From positions 1 to 9,543 of the forward strand of contig NW_021827889.1 of the NCBI RefSeq assembly GCF_006345805.1: a stretch of DNA of 9,543 nt, given 5' to 3'. This document shows positions 1-8,015 of the stretch, one piece after another. This DNA is from Octopus sinensis (taxonomy: Eukaryota). The position numbers and the translations under genes are program-made. The notes beneath the pieces were generated by a model that saw only the letters and a program-made list of their open reading frames with translations, searched no databases and was not told the DNA's origin. Positions within the stretch are counted from its first letter, which is position 1. Every line of letters begins with the position of its first letter.

Positions 1-244
1 TACGAATGTAATTTTCATTTGGACATATGTTTGCATATGCGTGTATGTGTGTGTGTGTGTGTATATATATAATGGAAAAAATGAAGGTGTAACGTTTTAA
101 TAAAGCAGACACATGAGTATATCAGTATTAACATCAGTATGTGTGTATATATGTATGTAGATGCATTTATATATGTATGTGCATCTATCTATCTATATCT
201 CTATAGGACTAGAACTGTTTCATTCTAGTCCTGTAGAAGCTCCT

Positions 245-545
245 TCTATATATCTCTCTATATATATATATATATATGTATGTATGTACATATAGATGTG
301 TATATGTGTGCATATATATGTGTATGTGTGTGTATATATGTGCATATAGATGTGTACATGTGTGTGTATATATATGTGTATGTGTGTATTTATATTGTGT
401 ATATATGTGTATATGTGTGTGTGTATATATGTGCATGTGGGTATATAGATGTGTATGTGTGTATAGATATGTGTATATTTATGTGTGTATATATGTGTGT
501 GTGTATATGCGTGTATAAATATATATGTATGTATGTGTGTGTCTG
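245..545. repeat. TA/TG mosaic microsatellite with a weak 54-bp higher-order period
   Basis: Near-continuous TA/TG dinucleotides; 'catatagatgtgta' recurs at 289 and 343. The ORFs at 209-624 are translations of this repeat. Confidence 0.95.
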
Positions 546-1023
546 TATGAGTATATTTATATGCACTAATGTGTCCGTAACCTTAATGGAAGTCCTAATC
601 TACGAGAGAGAGAGAGAGAGATAGCGAGTCTTAGTTGCTGTCTGTCGGCTTTGGAAATCTTCACATCCTCTCTATTAATACTGAATTTCATAAACCTTAT
701 TGTAGCTGATGGTGGTACCATATATAATACACTGGTAGCGGTGTGTGGTCGGGTACTCGTTCTGTGGACATGTTCGTAGGCACCACCACCACCACCACCC
801 CTATCTATAAACGTGTGCACACACACACACATGCGGCCCACCACCGTCCCCATCACTGCTACCCTTAATTTGTCTCTGTTACACAAAAGAAGTACTAACC
901 GGAATATTAAAATATAAATTGATGACTTTGTAGAGAAGCGGGGGGGGGGGATAAGAAAAGGGGGTGGAAAATTGTTTTTTTGCCATTATTTCTACAGGCA
1001 ATCTTCACTTGGCACCGCCGCCA

Positions 1024-1740
1024 CCATCACTAACAGCATCATTATCGTTATCACCATCATCATCATCATCATCATTATGTACATGTGCAATCGACTTTGT
1101 TTTATTTCTACAGTTATTCTTCAAAACTCATATTGGAGACATTTCTTCATCATCGTTATTAGAATCATCGTCATCATTGTCACTTTTAGCACCATCCCTA
1201 TAATCTCCATCATCATCATCATCAGCATCATCTTCACCATCCTTGTAATCTTCATCATCACTATTATGATTAGTATTATTTTTCTGTTTGTTTTTGTTTT
1301 TTTTTTGTTGTTTTTTTTTACCCTTTTTGTAACAAAACCCAAAATAATTTCTAGGTATCTCTGGCAATTTTCAGTTTTAATAATCTTTTTGTTCCTTTTT
1401 CTCTTTCCTTTATTTCCTTTTTTTTTTTCGTTCGTAGTCTTTTCGCATCTTTTCCCTGTTTTGTTTTTTTTTTTTTTCCTTCTTTACTCCTATTTCCTTT
1501 TTTTGTTTCCTTCTTTTATTTTTACCTTTTTTTTTTTTTTACCTTTCTTTTTACCTTTTCTTCCTCGTAAAATTATCTTTATGGAAGCTTTGTCTAACTA
1601 CTCTTTTGAAAAGTAAATTTTTCTAATTAAATTTCTCTTTCTCTCCCCCTCCCCCCTCTCCCTCCTTCTCTCTGCTACTGCTTTTCTTTTCCTTCACCTT
1701 CAATTTCTCCATTTCTCTTTTCTTTTCCTTCTTTTTAAAA
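1024..1740. repeat. Low-complexity tract: degenerate (ATC/CAT)n followed by poly-T/polypyrimidine sequence
   Basis: Degenerate ATC triplets ~1024-1270, then T-rich and CT-rich runs to ~1740. This explains the Ile/Phe-rich (+) and Asp/Lys-rich (-) ORFs. Confidence 0.85.
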
Positions 1741-2586
1741 TGAAATTAAACAAGGCATTTAAGACATTCTTCTACCTTCTTAGCATTAACTAATCAATAG
1801 ATAACTCCGGTGGGGGGGGGACGTGCGTGCATATATATGTACACATTCCCATATGTGTTTAAACGCGGCTGCATGCATACATGCATCTGTATGCACCATT
1901 ATTTGTATATACAATATGTACACACATATATACACACATATATACGTATGGTTTGTATGGCTTACATTTTGCGTCTTTTGAAAGATCGCTTTCCCTTTGT
2001 AGTGTTCAAGCGATACATGAACTGTTTGTACATTCAAAGAGCTCGACTGCGTGAGTTCAATTTAACATTTAGCTGCGACACACCTGCAAAATGCGCTGTT
2101 TTAAACAGACATCAACCGATTCTCACAGCTTTTTTAAATTAGGTAGAGTGAAACAATGCCGGTTTATCTTTCTACAAAATCAATAACACCTCCATGGAAT
2201 CGTACACAAATAAATCCCGACAGCTGATACTTACCACCACCCACCCACCCCCGGAACCCCCCAGTATAAAACCGGTACTTAACAGAGAATTAATGCCACG
2301 CTTTTTTTGTTGTTGTTGTTTTTAATCTCTTAGACTTGTTTCAGTCATTAGGTTGTGGCCATGCTGGGGCACTGGCTTCAAGTATTTTTAGTCAAATGAA
2401 TCAAACCCCAGAACTGTTTTTGCTTTTTGCGGGGTGGGAAGTAGGGGAGTTAAACTTGGTACTTATTCTGTTGGTCTCTTTCACTAAGGACATAAACACA
2501 CCAACACCAACCAGTTGTCAAGGGAGTGGGGGTGGGGCAAACAACTACAAAGTGAAACACACACACATATATATATATATATATAT

Positions 2587-2793
2587 CAAAATGTGACCGC
2601 GTGTGTACCGTTGGTGATTTTTTTCTTCCTCTGTCTTCCCTTCTCTGGATCTTTCCTTCTATGTTTCTGACGAAGAGCTCCGCTCGAAACGTTAAACCTT
2701 CCTTCTTTCCTGACCGTCCAATAATACTATATTTGTTCCACGTCCTCGCGTTGTTGTGTTTTTTTGTGCTTTCTTGTTTAGATTAACTTTATT
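2587..2793 (+). mobile_element. Penelope-like pseudo-LTR / retrozyme-like monomer (207 bp) carrying a hammerhead motif
   Basis: A discrete CpG-rich non-microsatellite block bounded on both sides by (TA)n (to 2586 and from 2794), with the hammerhead core in its middle. Minimal type I hammerheads are an established feature of Penelope-like element pLTRs. Confidence 0.7.
2663..2697 (+). ncRNA. Minimal type I hammerhead ribozyme motif (PLE-type, dimer-dependent)
   Basis: Stem I GUUU (2663-2666) / AAAC (2694-2697); core CUGACGA (2667-2673) plus an extra A; stem II GAGC (2675-2678)-UCC-GCUC (2682-2685); GAAA (2686-2689); palindromic ACGU in place of stem III; NUH triplet GUU (2691-2693). Confidence 0.85.
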
Positions 2794-3093
2794 TATATAT
2801 ATATATATATACCTACATATTTATATATACGAGCTTCTTTCAGTTTCCATCTACCAAATCCATTCACAAGGCTCTGGTTGGCCCATGACTGTAGAAGACT
2901 CTTGCCCAAAGTGCCATGCACTGGGACTGCACCCGGAACCATATGGGTAGAAGCAAACTTCTTACCACACGGCCACGTGTTTTGGGTTTTTTTTTTTCTT
3001 TTTAATATCGGATGGCAACGAAATAATGTAGTTTGTAAAAACAATTTCCTAACATAAGAATTTAGTCATGCATTTATTGGGAAGGTGTATGGT

Positions 3094-3135
3094 TGATTGT
3101 ATTAAGACCCCTATTACATAACTGGTACTTGATAT
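3094..3135 (-). mobile_element. Short decayed SINE fragment
   Basis: 'gacccc...aactggtacttga' resembles the 'cccc(ag)...ggtactt' segment of the SINE copies at ~2405-2468 and ~4410-4435. Confidence 0.35.
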
Positions 3136-3191
3136 TCCTAGCCTGGGTCTTTCCATAGCCCTTTGCATTGTAGCCCATTGTTCTTCCCTTT

Positions 3192-3460
3192 TTGGAAATA
3201 TCATGGAAGCTTATCTAAAATAAGGTAATTTAAGAACAGAATGCAGTAATTGATATTAATACCATAAACATAAGCTCCGCTGGGCCAGATATGTCATGGG
3301 GTTCACAGGGAAAAGATGGACCCTTGCTGTTGCCAATGGTGTCCAAGAGGTCAAGAATGGCCATTCAGATGGCTTCGACAATGATGGGAATTAGTGAAAT
3401 GGTTTGGGCCGCAATCAAGAGAAAATTGGAAGTGCATTGTGACAAGCAATGTATAACATC
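3192..3460 (+). mobile_element. Decayed RTE-clade LINE ORF2 C-terminal fragment (stops and two frameshifts)
   Basis: Manual translation gives LEISWKLI*NKVI*EQNAVIDINTI (from 3192), then -1 frame HKHKLRWARYVMGFTGKRWTLAV (from 3263), then back to the first frame for KRSR...WAAIKRK. This parallels, in order, the RTE C-terminal motifs LGISWxDxIxNExIR, KLRWAGHVMR...RWT and KRxRGRP. Confidence 0.65.
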
Positions 3461-4134
3461 TGATAGTCTAGATGATATAGGTGATTCAGGTGATGAATAC
3501 TGCATATTTTATTTGACCCAGGGAGATGAGACAGTTGACTTTGACATAATTTGAACTCGGAACACAAAGGGAAATAACAAACTACCTAAAGGCTTTTGGG
3601 TGGGGGTTTTTCCTTTGTCTGTTCTATTAATTCCGCTCCGTCTCACAATAGAAGTGCACCACTAATCGAGATGTTCACGCGTGTAAAGATATATTTGTGT
3701 ATCTATCCTTTTGGATGAGAAAATACATTTAGTTTTACACATACTTTTATTTTTTTTTATTTGATGTACCTAGGTGCAAACCACCAATGACACACTCAAT
3801 TCTCTCCCTTTCTCCCACCCACTCACACACACATACGCACACACACCGTAATTATTTATCACACTGGAATGTTGTGTGCTTTAGCAAAGGCATTCATCCA
3901 TGAATTAACTATGTGAAGATATCAGCTAGGTGTAAACCACACCCTGATTAGCAAACCAGTTATGTTGTTCCTTCAAGCTAAAATCTCAGAACCTATAGAG
4001 GTCAGCAATTATAGCGTGACCTTCACACTTGTATGGACAGTCACAAGGTGGTGATGGTGGGAGGGAGGTGCTATTCACCTTTTCCTAGTAAAGGAATTTA
4101 ATTTAAAGAAACTGTATATCTGTATACACACACC

Positions 4135-4172
<38 letters not shown>

Positions 4173-4299
4173 CTGTTAAGGATTTTTTCAGGTATAGGAT
4201 GTAATCTAAGATATAACTAGTATTCCTTTTACTGTAATTTGAAGGGCTGAATGTCAGCCAACCTTGAGTCTTCTTTTTAAAGCATTGCCTATTTCTTTA

Positions 4300-4356
4300 C
4301 TGTCCTTGTTTGTCCCCTCTGTGTTTAAGCCCCTTGTGGGTAGTAAAGAAATGGGT
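4300..4356 (+). mobile_element. 3' terminal fragment of an octopus SINE subfamily
   Basis: 'ctgtccttgtttgtcccctctgtgtttaagccccttgtgggtagtaaagaaat' matches a SINE 3' end as I recall it; not verified. Confidence 0.55.
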
Positions 4357-4379
4357 TTCTTATGTAGGGTGGCAATCAA

Positions 4380-4569
4380 GAATTTTAGAGAGGAGGAGTG
4401 AATGGAATCAAGCCACAGTACTTGACTGGTAATATTTGATTTTATCACCCCCTGAATGAATGAAAAGCAAAATTGACTTCAGTAGGAGTTGAACCATGAA
4501 CGTAATGGACCAGAACGAAATAATTTTAAGCTCTCTGATGCTTTAACATTTCTGCCGATCCACTGCCTT
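4380..4569 (-). mobile_element. Older diverged copy of the tRNA-derived SINE also present at 8672-8806
   Basis: Homology is visible within the window: exact 'taacatttctgccg' (4544-4557 = 8781-8794), and 'tttatca..cctgaa.g.atgaaaagcaaa.ttga..tc.g.ag.a.ttgaac' is shared between 4441-4494 and 8678-8730. Confidence 0.85.
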
Positions 4570-4788
4570 TTCTAAAGTTTACAACACCTAGGTTCCCCAA
4601 GCAGCCAGGGCATCCTCCATCTTTCTTTATCAGACAAGAACTTGTGTTTTCCACATGATATGACCATAAACCTCCAATATCGGAGAATTTTATGGAGTCA
4701 TTGATGAGAGTAATAAGCAAATAGTTATCTGTATGTGAGATAAATTGATCTAAATATTTTAGAAACACAAGTTAATTTGTTCTCTGTA

Positions 4789-4870
4789 TATTATCATTAT
4801 TATTATTATTATCATTATTATTATTATTATTATTATTATTGTTATTATTATTACTACTACTACTTCTTCT
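4789..4870. repeat. (ATT)n microsatellite grading into (ACT)n and (TCT)n
   Basis: Direct reading of the triplet array. Confidence 0.95.
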
Positions 4871-5455
4871 TTATACAATGTAGTGGTATGGAATAAATTG
4901 AAATTCTTCCAACAGGAAACAGGTGCAGGTTTTAAATAAATAGAAATAAAAAATAAAAAAAAGAAATGCATGAATAAAATAGATAAATAAATAAGCGAAA
5001 AATAACAAAATCCTGAAATTCAGTCTTGAAATAAACAAACAAGATCAACCGTGCAACCGCCCAACCAGCCAACATCTGAGATTGAGTTTCTTTTAAAATT
5101 CCCAGGTTATATTCCACAGAAGCATTATCAGTTCATTGAGAAAACTGTGTGGAGCAGAGAGATTTCTGCTTGTCGTGGCAAGGAATCGTTTGTTTTAATC
5201 AGGACTAGAGATTGACTCTAGTTTATTCATCAGGTTAACCAAACCAATTTTGGTTAGACGCTTCTAAATTCTTTGAGCCACATTATCCAGATGTGTATAA
5301 TTTCACTGAACCAGGTTCAGGGGGGATGATGATGATGATGAGCAAGATAGCTATTAATTAAATCACTGTGTTTTAATTATCCCAATCGCTAACAGTTGTT
5401 CCCTTCTGAAGCCACTTCGGCCCTCCTGGGACATGCATTCTTTGTGCTCCTACCT

Positions 5456-5959
5456 TGTACCTCCCAGAACAAGCTGCAGGCTGATTACTAGTTGTACCAG
5501 CCTTTGGTGGAGACTGCAGTATATTTCTGGACAAATAACGTGAGTTCATGGCTGTTTCCTGCACCAGCTTCACATAGAAGCCCCAGCCCATCCAAAGTGC
5601 CTTGGATCACAGGGTGGCCTGCTGTGCTTGAGGAGACCCATTGAGTCAAGTACATCAACATCAAAAAATCAAATGGAAATTGTAGTTGTGATACCTTTGC
5701 CGGTGGCACATAAAAAGCACCAGCCGATCGTGGCCATTGCCAACCTCCCCTGGCAGTTGTGCTGGTGGCACGTAAAAAGCACCCACTACACTCACGGAGT
5801 GGTTGGCATTAGGAAGCGCATCCAGCTGTAGAAACACTGCCAGATCAGACTGGAGCCTGGTGCAGCCTCCTGGCTTCCCAGACCCCGGTCGAACCGTCCA
5901 ACCCATGCTAGCATGGAAAAGCAGACATTAAATGATGATGATGATGATGACGATGATGA
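5456..5959 (+). mobile_element. 5'-truncated non-LTR retroelement 3' end (RTE-type LINE or LINE-tailed SINE) with (GAT)n tail and 9-bp TSD
   Basis: Candidate TSD CTCCTACCT at 5447-5455 and 5960-5968; (GAT)n tail ~5933-5959; perfect 14-bp palindrome CCATGCTAGCATGG (5903-5916) just before the tail; homologous inverted copy at 7005-7180. The RTE assignment is inferred from the tail type and my recall of octopus repeats. Confidence 0.85.
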
Positions 5960-6310
5960 CTCCTACCTAAAGCCTAAATGCATTCCTTGAAGTGGATAAT
6001 GCGACTCGTCTAGTCTTTCAAACCCCTTTCAGCTTTGCTTTTCAATCCTCTTAGGTCCACAAGTACCTGTGATATACTGGGGGTTAATATAACTCAGTTT
6101 GCCTTATCGTTTGTATCTATTCTGTATTTTCTCGTTTGTAACTTGTCTTTGTGCCTTTCTCTCTTGTGACTCATCTTTGTATCTTGCACCTGTGACTACA
6201 CATCTCTTGTGACAAGTCTCTACTTCAGTTATGACTTGTCTTTCCATTTTATTTGTGATGTTGTTGAAATACTTTCTTTCTCTCTCTCTCTCTCTCTCGT
6301 TGTCACATCC

Positions 6311-6350
6311 ACTAATGATTTTTTTTCTTTTCTTCTATTTCTAGGTAAGT
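6311..6350 (+). promoter_or_regulatory. 3' splice site (branch point, polypyrimidine tract, TAG) abutting a consensus 5' splice site GTAAGT
   Basis: Branch-point-like CTAAT at 6312-6316; pyrimidine tract 6319-6342; AG at 6343-6344; GTAAGT at 6345-6350; no AG dinucleotide between 6229 and 6342. Confidence 0.5.
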
Positions 6351-6932
6351 ATGCAGATGACATTTTCTACTTTGGAATGGATTTTTTAAGGATTCTATTA
6401 TTCCTCTTCGCTACAAATGGCATCTTGCTACTACATCAGATAAGAATGTTTACACATATTTACTCCTTCTCTCTTACTGTCTCTCCCTCTCCCTTTCTCT
6501 CTCCCTCTCACACTTATTTTTTTTTTTCAGTAAATATTATAAATTTTTTTTTTAAATTATGGTTTATAGCCCCAACAGTTTCTATGTTTGTGAGTCTTTC
6601 TAGCAACATGTCCTCATCTCTCTCAATTTCATGCGTGTTTAATTTCAAACCTGAGTCTTTCCATCTGTGAGTATCAAGGCAAAGATACAGACAAGATGGC
6701 AGGGTTTGAGGTGGGTTCAGTCCTTTCCCTCCCAACGCCTGTAGCAGCACTGTGTTCATACAAGGTTAACATTCCTATCCATCTATATGGCTATATAGAT
6801 GGATATATATATATAAATAAATACTATATAATGATGTCTATGCTGTGGCAAGGGTTTTGCTATGAAGTGCTGGGGCCCTCGTTTTTCAAAAAGGGTTTTG
6901 GGTCCCAGTAGCGTTAACATGCTCTAATATGT

Positions 6933-7003
6933 TTAACCCTTCTGCATTTAGATATTATTCTGTCAAAAGTCATGTTTATGTTATTTTAAATTAATCATGC
7001 ATT
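6933..7003 (+). mobile_element. Possible 5' fragment of a TTAA-CCCTT (piggyBac-like) MITE, cut by the retroelement tail at 7005
   Basis: Begins TTAACCCTT like the element at 8860; the following sequence resembles an octopus MITE as I recall it. No right TIR was found. Confidence 0.35.
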
Positions 7004-7004
7004 A

Positions 7005-7405
7005 TCATCATCATCATCATCATTTAATGTCTGCTTTCCATGCTAGCATGGGTTGGACGGTTTGACTGAGGGCTAGCGAACCAGGCTCCAGTTTTGATCT
7101 GGCAGAGTTTCTACAGCTGGATGCCCTTCTTAACACCAACCACTCCAAGAGTGTACTGGGTGCTTTTACGTGCCACCAGCATGGGGTCCAGTCAGGCGGT
7201 ACTGGCAATGACCTCGCTCAAATTTTTTTTTTTTTTACACATGCCAACGGCACAGGTGCCAGTAAGGCGACGCTGGTAACAATCACGCTCGAATGGTGCC
7301 TTTTACGTGCCACCGGCACAGAAGCCAGTTAGCCGCTCTGTCAACGATCACGCTCGTGTGGTGCTCATGCTCATCATCGAATTTCACTTTGATTTTGATT
7401 TCGAT
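7005..7405 (-). mobile_element. Second copy of the (GAT)n-tailed retroelement 3' end, inverted relative to 5456-5959
   Basis: (CAT)n tail ~7005-7023; the same 14-bp palindrome at 7038-7051; the reverse complement of 7021-7180 aligns to 5761-5935 with scattered mismatches and one ~12-bp deletion; three ~66-71-bp subrepeats from 7189. Confidence 0.9.
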
Positions 7406-7409
7406 TATT

Positions 7410-7968
7410 TATATATATATATATATATATATATGTGTATATATGTGTATGTATATGTATGTATATATGTGTATATATATGTATGTATATATGTGTATAT
7501 ATATGTATATATATGTATGTATATATATATGTGTATATGTATATGTATATATATATATATGTGTATATGTATATGTATATATATATGTATATATGTGTAT
7601 ATGTGTATATATGTGTATATGTATGTATATATGTATATATGTATATATGTGTATATATGTATATATATGTGTATATATGTATATATATATGTATATGTAT
7701 ATATATCTATGTATATATATATGTGTGTATGTATATATATGTGTATATATATTATGTGTATATATGTGTATATGTATGTATATATATGTATGTGTATATA
7801 TATGTTATATATGTATGTGTATATATGTATATATGTATATAATATATGTATGTGTATATATGTATATATATGTATGTATATATGTATATATATGTGTATA
7901 TATGTATATATATATATATGTGTATATATGTTATATATATATATATATATGTGTTATATATATATATA

Positions 7969-8015
<47 letters not shown>

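Larger units (their letters stand above)
2327..2978 (-). mobile_element. tRNA-derived SINE (head, internal TA/TG microsatellite, tail), interrupted by a nested insertion
   Basis: The minus-strand head has an A-box-like TGGCCGTGTGG (2975-2965) and a B-box-like GGGTGCAGTCCC (2934-2923) at tRNA-like spacing, followed by CACTTTGGGCAAG. The head (2830-2978) and tail (2327-2550) match a highly abundant octopus SINE as I recall it; not database-verified. Confidence 0.85.

Noticed and set aside
209-624. His/Tyr/Val/Cys-rich ORFs on both strands
   Set aside because: They are pure translations of TA/TG dinucleotide repeats.
566-886. 106-aa minus ORF and alternative readings (e.g. + strand ADGGTIYNTLVAVCGRVLVLWTCS*)
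   Set aside because: Several frames look equally protein-like, the ends are microsatellite-derived, and there is no consistent splice pair or recognisable domain.
972-1616. 214-aa hydrophobic + ORF and Asp/Lys-rich minus ORFs
   Set aside because: These are products of (ATC)n and poly-T low complexity, not a membrane or acidic protein.
3291-3554. EMVWAAIKRKL resembles the Tc1/IS630 'PIENxWxxLKRxL' motif
   Set aside because: No DDE context is present, and the flanking frames fit an RTE LINE C-terminus in colinear order much better.
5195-5240. Second hammerhead candidate on the minus strand (CUGAUGA followed by a 7-bp hairpin)
   Set aside because: There is no GAAA after the stem and no stem I/III complementarity; at best an unprovable relic.
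6347-6460. In-frame KYADDIF resembling the YADD reverse-transcriptase motif
   Set aside because: No upstream RT motifs (the region is a pyrimidine tract) and the downstream spacing is wrong; probably chance.
6868-6910. 11-bp GC-rich hairpin (two G-U pairs)
   Set aside because: Too short for a pre-miRNA, and it lacks the CTRR terminus expected of a Helitron end.
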